This document shows, piece after piece, positions 1-14,088 of a stretch of DNA of 64,000 nucleotides. Below the pieces are notes generated by a model. That model did not search any database, was not told the DNA's origin, and worked only from the letters and a program-made list of their open reading frames with translations. The position numbers were made by a program, and so were the translations under genes. Origin of the DNA: the human T2T-CHM13v2.0 reference genome, Homo sapiens; NCBI RefSeq assembly GCF_009914755.1, contig NC_060926.1. One strand, given 5' to 3'. Every line of letters begins with the position of its first letter. Position 1 is the first letter of the stretch.

Positions 1-3000
1 AATCACATGCAATCATCGAAAGGAATTGAATGGAATAATCATCGAAAGAAATTGAATGGAATCATCGAATAGCATCAAATGGAATCATCATCGAATGAAA
101 TCGAATGGAATCATGGAATGGAATAGAGTAAAATCATCATTGAATGGACTCGAATGGAATAATCGAATGGACTCGAAAGGAATCATCATCAAAAGGATTC
201 GTATGGAATCATCGAATAGAATCTAATGGAATCATCAAATGGACTCGATTGGAATTATCATTGCATGGAATAGAATGGAATCATAGAATGGAATCAAATG
301 CAATCATAATTGAGTGTAATCATATGGAATCATTGAATTGAATTGAATAGAGTCATCGTCAAATTAAATCACATGGAATCATCGAAAGCATTGGAAAGGA
401 ATCATCATCCAATGGAATCGAATGGAAACAATGAATGGAATAGAATGGAAGCATCATCAAATGGAATCGAATGGAATCATCGAATGGACTCGGTTGGAAT
501 CATCGTCGAATAGAATCGAATGGAATCATCATCAAATGGAATCGAATGGAATCATCATTGAATGGAATCGAATGCAATCATCATAGAAAGGAATGAAATG
601 GAATTATCATCGAATGGAATCGAATGGAATCATTATCGAATAGAACCAAATGGAATCATCGAATGGAAATGAACGGAATCATAAATGAAGGGAATCCAAT
701 GGAATCATCATCACATGGAACCGAATGGAATCATCGAATGGAATCGAATGGAATCATTGAATGGACTCGAATGGCATCATCATCGAATGGATTTGAGTGG
801 AAACATCGAATGGACTCTAATGGAATCGTCATTGAATGGAATCAAAAGGAATCATCATCGAATGAAATCGAATGGAATCAATGAATGGACTCGAATGGAA
901 TCATCATCGAATGGAATCGAATGGAATCATGGAATATACTCAAATGGATCATCATCGAATTGAAATGAATGGAATCATCAAAAGGAATCGAATGGAATCT
1001 TCATCGAATGAAACCGAATGGAATCATCGAATGGCATCAAATGGAATCATCATCGACTGGAATCAAATAGAATCATCTAACGGAGTCGAATCGAATCATC
1101 ATCAAATTGAATCATCATGGAATGGAATCAAATGGAAACAACATCGAATGGAATCGAATAGAATCATAATCGAATGGAATCTAATGGAATCATCAAAAGG
1201 AATAGAATGGAATAATTATCGAATGGAATCGAATAGCATCATCAAATGAAATCGAATGGAATCATCATCAAATGGAAGCCAATGGAATCATCATCGAATG
1301 GAATCGAATGGGATCATCATCGAATGGAATTGAAGAGAATCATCATCAAGTGGAATAGAATAGAATCATGAGTAAAGGGAATCGAATGGAATCATCGAAT
1401 GGAATCCAATGGAATCATCATTGAATGGAAACGAATGGAATCATCATCAAATCGAATGTAAAGTGGTCATCTTCGAATGGATTCTTATAGAATGATCATC
1501 GAATGGCATCGAATGGAATTATCATGGAATGGAATCGAATGGAATCATCATCGAATGGAATCGAATGGAAACATCGAATGGACATGAATGCAATCCTCAT
1601 CGAATGGAATTGAATGGAATCAATGAATGGACTCGAATGGAATCATCCTCGAATGGAAACAAATAGAATCATCATTGAATGGACTCGAATGAAATCATCA
1701 AATAGACTCGAATGGAATCATTGAATGTACTAGAATGCAATTGTCATCACTGGGATCATATGCAATTATCATCAAATGGAATCTAATGGAATCACCATCA
1801 AAAGGAATCGAATGGAATCATCACTGAATGGAATCCAATGGAATCATTGAATGGAATCGAATGGAATCATCATCAAAAGGAATTGAAGTGAATCATCGAG
1901 TGGAATCGAATGGAATCATCTATTGGAATTGAATGGAATCATCATCGAATGGACTCAGATGGAATCATCATTGAATGGATCAGAATAGAATCATCGAATG
2001 CACTCGATCGGAATCAATGAATGGACTCGAAGGGAATCATCAATTGGAATCGAATGGAATCAGCGAATGGACTAGAATGGAAGCATCATCAAATGGAATC
2101 GAATAGAATCATTGAATGGAAACCAATGGAATCATCATTGAATGGAATTAAATTAAATCATAGAATGGACATGAATGGAATCGTCATCGAATGGAATAGA
2201 ATGGAATCATCATCGAATGGAATCAAAAGCAATCATCGAGTGGATTCGAATAGAATCATCAAATGGACACGAATGGAATCATCATCAAATGGAATCGGAT
2301 GGAATCAACGAATGGAATCAAATGGTATCATCATTGAAATGAATCGAATGGAATCATCAAATGGACTGGAATTGAATCTTAATCAAATGGAATCGAATAG
2401 AATCATCAAATGGACAAGAATGGAATCCTTATGGAATGGAATCAAATGGAATCATCAAATGGACTCAAACAGAATCATCATCGAATAGAATCAAATTGAA
2501 TCATCATCGAATGGGCTGGAATGGAATCATCAAATGGACTCGAATGGAATCATCGAACAGACTCAAATGTAATCGTCATCAATGGAATCGAACAGAATCA
2601 TCATCGAATGGAAACGAATGGAATCATCATTGAATGGAATCTAATGGTATCATGATCACATGGAATCGAATGGAATCCTCGAATGGAATCGAAGGCAATC
2701 ATCATCGAATGGAATTGAACGGAATGATCAAATTGAATCGAAGAGAGTCATCATCGAATTAAATCACATGGAATCATCGAATGTATTCGAAAGGAATCAA
2801 CATCCAATGGGATCAAAACGAATCAGGGAATGGAAAGAATGGAATCATCATCAAATGGAATCGAATGGAAACATCAAATGGAATCTAATAGAACCATCAT
2901 CAAATTGAATAGAATGGAATCATCATCGAATGGAATCAAATGGAATCGTCATCAAATGGAATCGAATGGAATAATCATCAAAAGGAATTGAATGGATTTA

Positions 3001-6000
3001 TCATTGAATGGAATCAAATGGAATTATCATCAAATAGAATCGAATGGACTCATTGAATGGAATCGAATGGAATCATCATCAGAAGGAATCGAAGTGAATC
3101 ATCGAATGGAATACAACGGAATCATCGAATGGAATCAAATGCAATCATCAAAAGGAATCGAGTAGAATCATTGAATGGAATCGAACAGAATCATCAAATG
3201 GACTCCAATGGAATCATCATTGAATGGAATCAAATGGAATCATCTAATGAAAGGGAATGGAATCATCATTGAGTGGAATCAAATGGAATCATCGAATGGA
3301 ATTGTATGGAATCATCATTGAATGGAACCTAATGGAATCACTGAAAGGACTTGAAAGGAATCATCATTGAATGGAATCGAATGGAGTCATCTAATGGACA
3401 CAAATGGAATTATCATAGAATGGAATTGAATGGAATAATAGAATGGAAACACAGGGAATCATCATTGAATGGAATCGAATGGAATCATCATCAAATGGAA
3501 ATGCTTGGAATCATCATAGAATGGAATTGAATGGAATCATCAATTGGAATAGAATGGAATCAACATCAAATGGAAACGAATAGAATCATCAAATGAAATC
3601 GAATGGAATCATCATGAAATGGAATCAAATGGAATCATCATTGAATGGAATCCAATGGAATCATCAAAGAATGGAATCCAATGGAATCATCTTCAAATGG
3701 AACCTAATGGAATCATCAAATGGACTCGAATGGAATCATCGAATGGACTGTAATGGAATTGTCGATTGGAATTGAATGGAATCATCATCGTATGGAATCG
3801 AATGGAAACATCAAATGGATTTGAATAGAATAATCATTGAATGGAATCAAAAGGAATCATCGTTGAATGGAATCGAATGGAATCATCATCAAACGGAATA
3901 GAATGGAATCAGCAACGAATGGAATCGAAAGGAATCATCCTCAAATTGAATCGAATGGAATCATCATCGAATGGTATCATCATTAAATGGAATCAAACGG
4001 AATCATCGAATGAAATTGGATGGAATCATCATTGAATGGAATCGAATGGAATCATCATCAAATGGAATCCAATGGAATCACCATCACATGGAACCTAACC
4101 GAATCATTGAATGGCCTCGAAAGGAATCATCAAATACACTCGAATGGAATAATCTTCAAATGGAATCAAATAGAAACATCAAATGGACTTGAATGGAATG
4201 ATCGAACAGAGTCGAAAGGAATCATCATCGAATAGAATCTAATGTAAACATATAATAGCATCGAATAGAATCATCATCGAATGGAGTCAAATGGAATCAT
4301 TGAATGGAACCAAATGAAATCATCATAGAATGGATCCGAATGGAATCATCTTTGAATGGGATTGGATGGAATCATTGAATGGACTCGAATAGAATCATCA
4401 TCGAATGGAATCGAATGGAATCGTCATTGAATTGAATGAATGGAATCATCATCGAATGGAATCGAATGGAATCATGGAATGGAATAGAATGGAATCATCA
4501 TCGAATGGAATCAAATGGAATCATCATTGAATGGAATCGAATGGAAACATCATCAAAAGGAATTCAATGGAATCATCATAGGATGGAATTGAATGGAATC
4601 ATCAACGAATGGAATCGAATGGAGTCATCGAATGGAATATAATGGAATATAATGGAATAATTATCCAATGGAATCGATTGGAATCATCATCAAATGGAAA
4701 CTACTGGAGTCAACACCGAATGGATTTGAATGGAATAATCATCGAATGGCATCGAATGGATTCGAATGGAATCATCAACGAATGGCATCGAATGGGATCA
4801 TCATGGAATGCAATCGAATGGAATCATTGAATGGACTCGAATGGAATCCTCAAGTGGAATCAAATGGAATCATCAAATGGACAAGAATGGAATCCACGTT
4901 GAATGGAATCTAATGGAATCATCGAATAAACTCAAAGGGAAATATCAAATTGAAACGAATGGAATCATCATGGAATTGAATCGAATGAACTCCTCATCGA
5001 ATGGAATCGAATGGAATCATTGATTGGAATTGAATGGAATCATTGAATGGACTCGAACGGAATTGTCATCGAATGGAATCGATTGGAATCGTCATCAAAG
5101 GGAATCAAATGGAATTATCTTCGAATAGAATTGAATGGAATCATCATGGGAAAGAATCTGTTGGAATCATCTAATGGAATCAAATGGAATCATCATCATC
5201 AAAATGAATTGAAGTGAATCATTGAATGGAATCGAATGGAATCACGGAATGGACTCGAATGGAATCATCGAATGGTTGCAAATGCAATCATTGAATGTAA
5301 TAGAATAGAATCATCGATGGAATAGAATGGAATCATCATTGAATGGACTCGAATGGAATCATCGAATGGACTCGAATGAAATCGTCATCGAATGGAATCA
5401 AATGGAAGCAGCAAATGGAATCGAATGGAATCATCATCAAAGGGAATCGAATGGAATAATTGAATGGAAACCTATTGAATCATCATTGATTGAAATCGAA
5501 TGGAATCATCGAGTGGCATTGAAAGGAATCATCAACAAATGGAATCGAAAGGAATCATCACATGGACACGAATGGAAACATCGAATGGCATTGAAAAGAA
5601 TCATCATCGAATGGAATTGAATGGAATCATCTAATGGACACGAATGGAAACATAATCGAAAGGAATTGAATGGAATAATTGAATGGACACAAATGAAATA
5701 ATCACTGAATGTAATCGAATGGAATCATCATCGAATGGAATCGATTGGAGTCATCCTCAAATGGAATCGAATGGGATCATGAAATGGAATAGAATGGAAT
5801 TATCATCTAATAGCTTTGAATAGAGTCATCGAATGAAATCAAACGGAATTATCATCTAAAGGAATCGAATGGAATCATCATCAAATGGAATTGAATGGAA
5901 TCATCAGCGAATGGAATCAAATGGAATCATCATAGAAGGGAATCGAATGCAATCATCAATGAATGGAATCCAAAGGAAACATCATCAAATGGAACCGAAT

Positions 6001-9000
6001 GCAATCATCGAATGGGCTCGATTGGAATAATCGAATCGACTCTAACGGAATCATTATTGAATGGAATCATTATTGAATGGAATCGAATGGAAACATTGAA
6101 TAGACTCGAATGGAATCATCATGGGATGGAATCGAATGGACTCGAATAGTATCATCATCGAATGGAATCAAATGGAATCATCATTGAATGGAATCGAATG
6201 GAATCATAATAGTATGGAATTGAATGGAATAATCATCAAAAGGAATCGAATGGAATCCTCGAATTTAATTGAATGGATTCAGCAAATGGTATAGAATGGA
6301 ATCATCATCAAGTGGAATCAATATGAATCATCAAATGGAATCAAATGGAATCATTACCGAATGGAATGGAATGGAATCATCAAATGGAATTAATGCAATC
6401 ATCATCAAATGCAATCAGATAGGATCATCGAATGGAATTGAGTAGAATAGTCATCGCATGGAATCGAATGGAATAATCGAATGGAATCAAAAGGAATCAT
6501 CATCACATGGAATCAAATGGAATCATCATCGAATGGTTTTGAAACGAATAATCAAATGGAATCGAATGTAATAAATCGAATGGAACCGAATGGAATCATC
6601 ATCGAATGGAATCGAATGGATTCATCATCAAATGAAATAAAAAAATCATCGAATGGAATCGAATGGAATCATCATTGAATGGAATCAAATGGAATCATTG
6701 GAACGAATTGAATGGAATAAACATCCAATGGAATCGAATGAAATCCTAGAATGGAATGGAATGGTATCATTGAAAGGAATCAAATGGAATCATCATCGAA
6801 TGGAATCAAGTGGATTCATGCAATGGAATTGAATGGAAATATCATCACATGTAAGCCAATGGAATCATTGTATGGAATCGAATGGAATAATGATCAAATG
6901 CAATCATCGAATGGAATAGAATGGAATCATTGAATGGAATCAAATGGTGTCATCTTCAAATGGAATTATTCCATGAAACTTAATGGAATCATCAAACGGA
7001 ACTGAATGGAATCATAGAATGCAATCAAATGGTATCATCGAATGGAATCAAATGGAATCATCTTTGAATGGAATTGAATGGAGTCATCCAGTGGAATCAG
7101 ATGGAATCATCATCAAATGGAATCGAATGGAATCATCAAATGGAATCAAATGGAATCATCATCGAATGGAATTGAGTGGAATCATGCAATGGAATTGAAA
7201 GGAATCATCATCGAATGGAATTGAAAGGAATCATCATCGAATGGATTCATCATCGAATGGAATCATCATTGAATGTAATGGAATGGAATCATCGAATGAA
7301 ATCGAATGGAATCATAATCGAATGCAATTGAATGGAATAATCAAATGGAATCGAAAGTAATCATCTTCGAATGGAATTGAATGGAATCACCCAAAGCAAT
7401 CGAATGGAATAATCTTGGAATGGAATCATGGAATACAATCGAATGGAATCACCAAATGGAATCGAATAGTGTCACATCTAATGGAATCATCCAACTTAAT
7501 TGAATGGATTCATCAAATGGAATCGAATGGAATCATTGAATGGAATCGAATGGAATCATCATCAAATGGAATCGAATGGAGTCATCCGATGGAATTGAAT
7601 GGAATCAACATTGAATACAATCGAATGCAATCATGGAATGGAATCGAATGGAATCATCATCACATGGAATTGAATGGAATCATCATCGCATGGAATCGAA
7701 TGGAATCATCATCACATGGAATCAGATGGAATAATCATCAAATGGTATCAAAAGGAAACATTGAATGGAATCGAAAGGAATAAATCAAATGGAATCGAAT
7801 GGAATCATCATCACAAGGAATTGAATGGGAACATCGAATGGAATCATTATCGAATGAAATAAAAAATTATCATCTAATGTAATCGAATGTAATCATCATC
7901 GAATGGAATCAAATGGAATAATCATCGATTGGAATCCAAAGGAATCATCAACGAATGGATTTGACTGAAATCAACTTCCAATGGAATCGAATGGAATCAT
8001 CAAATGGAGTCAAATGGAATAATCATGGAATGGAATCAAAAGGAATTATTGAATGGAATCGAATGGAATCATTGAATGGAATCGAATGGAATCCTCATCG
8101 AATGGAATTAAATGGAATCCTCCAATTTAATCGAATGGAATCATCGAATGGAATCGAATGAATCATCGTCGAATGCAATAGACATGAATCATCGAATGGA
8201 ACCCAATGGAATCATCATCGAATGGAATCGAATGGAGTCATCGAATGGAATTGAATGGAATCATCATCAAATGGAATCAAAAAGAATCATCAAATGGAAT
8301 TAATGCAATCATCATCGAATGCAATCGATTGGAATCATCGAATGGAATTGAGTAGATTCAACATCGCATTTAATGAAATGGAATAATAGAATGGAATCGA
8401 ATGGAATCATCACATTGAATCGAATGGAATCATCATCGAATGGAATCGAATGGAACCGTAGTTGAATGGAATCGAATGGAATCATCGAATGGAATTGAAT
8501 GGAATCATCATTGAATGGAATCGAATGGAATCATCAAAAGGAATCTAATGGAATAATCATCAAATGGAATCAAATGAAAACCTCGAATGGAATGGAAAGC
8601 AATCATCGAATGGAATAAAATGGAATCATCATCGAATGGAATCAAATGGACTCAAAGAATGGAATTGAATGGAATCATCAGCGAATGGAATCAACTGAAA
8701 TCATCATTGAATGGAATCAAAAGGAATCATCGAATGGAATTGAATGAAATCATCGAAAGAAATTGAATGGAATCATCATTGAATGGAATCAAATGGAATC
8801 ATCCAATGGAATCGAATGGAAAAATCATTGATTGGAAACATTGAATGGAATCGAGTGGAATCCTCAAATGGAATCAAATGGTGTCATCATCGACTGGAAT
8901 CATCCCATGAAAACGAACGGAATCAGAAAATGGAATTGAATGGAATCATCAAATGGAATCGAAAGGAATCATCATCCAATGAAATCAAATGCAGTAATCC

Positions 9001-12000
9001 GATGGAATCAAATGGAATCATCATAAAATGGAATCGAATGCAATCATTGAATGGTATCGAATGGAATCATTATCACATGGAATCAAATGGAATCATCATC
9101 ACATGGAATCGAATGGAATCATCATGGAATGGTATCGAAAGGAAATGTCAAATGGAATTGAATGGAATAAATCAAATGGAATCAAATGGAATCATCAACG
9201 AATGGAATCGAATTGAATCATCAAGTGGAATCATCAACGAATGAAATTGAAAAGAATCAACGAATGAAGACAATTGCTATCATAATCGAATTTAATCAAA
9301 AGGAATCATCATCAAATGAAATTGAATGGAATCCTCGAAAGGAATCGAATGGAATAGTCATTGAATGGAATAAAATGGAATCCTCGAATGGAATCTAATG
9401 GAACCAACCAATGGAATCGAATGGAATCATTGAATGGAATCAAATGGAATCAGTGAATGGAATGGAATGAAATCATCGAATGGAATCATCATCGAATGGA
9501 ATCAAATTGAGTCATCCAATGGAATCTAATGGAATCAACATCGAATGGAATCGAATGGAATCATCGAAGGGAATCAAATGGAATAATCATCCAATGGAAT
9601 CGAATGGAATCCTCGAATGGAATCGAACGGAATTATAGAATGGAATCAAACAGGATCATTGAGTGGAATGAAATGAAACCATCATCGAATGGAATGGAGT
9701 GGAATCATCAAATGGAATTGAATGGAATCATCATCGAATGGAATCGAATGGAATCATCAATTAGAATCAAATGGAATCATCAAAAGGAATCAAATGGAAT
9801 CATCATCTAATGGAACCGAATGGAATCAACGAATGGAATTGAATGGAATCATCATCGAATGGATTAGAACGGAATCAACCACTGGAATCGAATTTAATAA
9901 TCATCAAATGGAATCATTGAATGGAATCATATGGAATCATCGAATGGAATCAAATGGTGTCTTCATCGAATGGAATCATCTAATGGAATCGAATGGAATC
10001 ATCAAATGGAATCGAATGGAATCACTGAATGGAATCGAATGGAATCATCAAATGGAATCATCAAATGGAATCAAATGGAGTCATCCAATGGAATCTAATT
10101 CAGTCATCATCACATGCAATCGAATGGAATCATCTAATGGACACTAATGGAATCATCATTGCATGGAATCTTATGGAATCATTCATCACATGGAATCGAA
10201 TGGAATCATCATTGAATGGTATCAAAAGGAAACATAGAATGGAATCAAAAGGAATAAATCAAACTGAATCGAATGGAATCATATTCGAATGGAATCAAAT
10301 GGACTCATATTCGAATGGAATTGAATGGAATCATCGAATGGAATCATCATTGAATGAAATCAAAAAGAGTCATCGAATGGAATGAAATGCAATCATCATA
10401 GAATGGAATCAAATGGAATCATCATCGAGAGGAATCGAACGGAAACTTTGAAAGGACTCGAATGGAATAATCATCAAATGGAATCGAATGAAATCCTAGA
10501 ATGGAATCGAAAGGAATCATGGAAAGGAATCGAATGGAATCATCATCACATGGAATCGAATGGAATCATCATCGAATGGAATCAAATGGAATCATGGAAT
10601 GGAATCACCATTGAATGAAATCAAAAAGAATCATCGAATGGAATGGAATGCAATCATCATCAAATGGAATCGAATGGAGTCATCATCGAGTGGAAGCGAA
10701 TGGATCATTGAAAGGAATCGAATGGAATAATCATCGAATGGAATCGAATGAAATTCTGGAATGGAATTGATTGGAATCATTGAATGGAATCTAAAGGAAT
10801 CATCATCGAATGGAATCGAAACGAATCATGGAATGGAATGGAATGGAATGGAAGCATCATCGCATGGAATCAAATGGAATCATCCAATGGAATCGAATGG
10901 AATCATCATCGAATGGAATCGAATGGAATCATCATCGAATGGAATCAAAAAAATCATCGAATGGAATCGAATGGTATCCTCGAATTTAATCGAATGGATT
11001 CATCAAATGGAATCGAATGGAATCATTATCAAATGGATCAATATGAATCATCGAATGGAATCAAATGGAATCATCAAATGGAATGGAATGGAATCATCAA
11101 ATGGAATTAATGCAATCATCATTGAATGCAATCAAATGGAATAAACGTCCAATGGAATCGAATGAAATCCTCAAATGGAGTCGAATGGAATCATCGAAAG
11201 GAATCGAATGGGGTCATCATCGAATGGAATCGAATGGATTCATGCAATGGAATCGAATGGAAACTTCATCACATGGAAGTAAATGGAATCATCATATGGA
11301 ATCAAATGCAATAATCATCGAACGCAATTATCAAATGGAATAGAATGGTATCATCAAATGGAATCAAATGGTGTCATCATAGAATGGAATCATCCCATGG
11401 AATTGAATACAATCATCGAATGGAATCAAATGGAATCATAGAATGCAATCAAATGAAATCATCATATGGAATCAAATGGAATCATCATCGAATGGAATTG
11501 AATGGAGTTATCAAAAGGAATCAAGTGGAATCATCATCGAATGGAATTGAATGAAATCAACTTCCAATGGAATCGAATGGAATCATTGAATGGAATCGAA
11601 TGGAATCACCATGGAATGGAATCAAAAGGTATTATTGAATGGAATAGAATGGAATCATCATTGAATGGAATCAAATGGAATCATTGAGTGAAATCGATTG
11701 GAATACTCATCGAAAGGAATTGAATGGAATCCTCAAGTTAATCGAATGGATTCATTGAACGGAATTGAATGAATCATCATCGAATGCAATCAACATGAAT
11801 CATCCAATGGAATCCAATGGAATCATCATCTAATGGAATCGAATGGAATCGTCATCGAATGGATTCGAAGAGAATCATCAAATGGAATTAATGCAATCAT
11901 AATCGAATGGAATCATCGAATGGAATTGAGTAGAATCATCATCACATGGAATCGAATGGAATAATCGAATGGAATCGAATGGAATCATCATCATATGGAA

Positions 12001-13211
12001 TTGAATGGAATCATCATCAAATGGTATTGAAAGGAATCATTGAATGGAATCGAATGGAATAAATCAAATGGAACTGAATGGAATCATCATCAAATGTAGT
12101 CAAATGGAATCATTGACTGGAATCATCATCAAATGAAATAGAAAAAAATCATTGAATGGAATCAAATGCAATCATCATCGAATGGAATCATCATCGAATG
12201 GAATTGAATGGAATCATCTAAAAGAATCGAATGGAATAAACATCAAATGCAATGGAATGAAATCCTCAAATGGAATCAAATGGAGTCATCGAATGGAATC
12301 GAATGGAATCATCATCGAATTGATTCAAATGGAATCATTGAATAGAATCGAATGGAATCATCATTGCATGGAAACAAATGGAATGATCGAATGGAATCAC
12401 ATATATTCATCATTGAATGGAAGTGAATGGAATCATCAAATGGAATCAACTGGAATCATCAAATGGAATCGAATGAAATCACTGAATGGAAACAAATGGA
12501 ATCATCGAATGGAATCGAATGCTGTCATCTTCCAATGGAATCGAATGTACTCATCATCGAATGGAATCGAATGCTATCATCATCGAATGGAATCGACTGG
12601 AATCATCATCAAATGGATGTGAATGGAGACATCCTATGCAATCGAATGGAATCATCATCAAATGAAATCAAATGGAATCATCGAATGCAATCGAATGGAA
12701 ACATCATCGCATGGAATTGTACGGAGTCATCATCACATGGAATCGAATGGAATCAACATCAAATGGTATTGAAAGGAATCATCGAATGGAATCAAATGGA
12801 ATAAATCAAATGTAATCAAATGGCATCATCATAGAATGGAATCAAATGGAATCATCGAATGGAATTGTCATTGAATCATATCAAAAAGAATTCTCGAATG
12901 GAAAGGAATGCAGTCATCATTGAATGGAATCGAATGGAATCATCATCAAATGGAATCGAACAGAATCATCGAAAGGAATCGAATGGAGTAATTATAACAT
13001 GGAATCGAATGGAATCATCAAATGGAATCGAATGGAATCATCGAATGGAATCGAATGGAATCATCGTCGAATGGAATCGAATTGAATCATGGAAAGGAAT
13101 CGAATGGAATCATCATTACATGGAATAAAATGGAATCATCGAATGGAATCAAATGGAATAATTATCGAATGGAATTGAATGGAATCATTGAATGGAATCG
13201 AATGGAATCAT
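1..13211. repeat. Human satellite II (HSat2/HSATII) array, diverged; continues off the left edge
   Basis: Continuous GGAAT-based repeat with the 23/26-bp units GAATCATC(ATC)GAATGGAATCGAATG, the reverse complement of CATTCGATTCCATTCGATGATGATTC. The purine-rich strand is + throughout. It ends abruptly at about 13211. Confidence 0.95.
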
Positions 13212-13915
13212 AAAATTAGTTCCTGACATACAAGAAAATCACTGTCAAAACATTAGCTTAACATTTGTTAAGGAAACAAAAAGACTTTGGTGACCACACC
13301 TTATAAAGCAAACAGTTTTGTAAATCACTTTGGAAAATTTCACTAAAAAAAAAAATCCTTAACAATATAATAAGTAAAGAAAATTTTAAACCACAAAACA
13401 TTACTGTGTTTGTAGGGGGGGTCTGATTTACAGAGTAACCACATAGTAATTATAATTATTAGAATGTCCAGCTTTCAAAAAAAGTTACAAGTTACAAGGC
13501 TTACAAAGAACGGGAAAGTATGGCTCATTCAAAGGAACAAAATAAACGGACAGAGAATATCTCTAAGGGAACCCAGACATCAAACTTACTAGACAAAGAC
13601 TTTAAAACAACTCTCTTAATTATACTCAAATGTCAAAAGGAAAACATAAACAAAGAAATCAAGGAATCAGAAAAAATATTAAAAAGTAGGAATATCAACA
13701 GAGATAGCAGAAATTCTGGAGTGGAAAACTACAATGATAAAAATTTAAAAATCACCAGAGGGATTTAAGAGTATATTTGCACACACAGAAGAAGTCATGG
13801 GCTTGAAGATAAGAAAATGGAAAATATTGATTCTGAGAAACAGATAAAAAATGAGCAGAGACTAAGGAACCTGTGGGACATCATTAAATAGGCCAACATT
13901 CGCATTCTAGAAGGA
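13212..13915 (+). mobile_element. Old L1 (L1M-type) fragment, 5'/ORF1 region
   Basis: Degenerate ORF1-like translation (LLDKDFKTTLL at 13520-13768; LRNLWDIIK-ANIRIL near 13862-13910). Left boundary approximate. Confidence 0.6.
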
Positions 13916-13942
13916 TAAATTATGTTGTTGAAAATTTTAGCA

Positions 13943-14088
13943 TTCTTTCTTTTCACCTTTCTTCCTTCCTCCCTCTCCCTCCTCCTCCTTTTTACTTTTC
14001 TTCTTCTTCCTTTCTCTTCTTCTGTCTCTCCTTCATTATCCCTTTCACTCTGTTTCTCTTTCTCCCTTTCTCTTTTTTCTTTTCTTTC
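13943..14088. repeat. CT-rich low-complexity (polypyrimidine) tract
   Basis: About 145 bp almost entirely C and T on the + strand. Confidence 0.85.

Noticed and set aside
1-13211. Possible CRISPR-like repeat/spacer array
   Set aside because: There are no unique spacers or cas genes; it is a degenerate satellite in primate DNA.
144-13213. Dozens of MESNGIIEWNR-type ORFs
   Set aside because: They are translations of the GGAAT satellite, overlap in several frames and show no gene structure.
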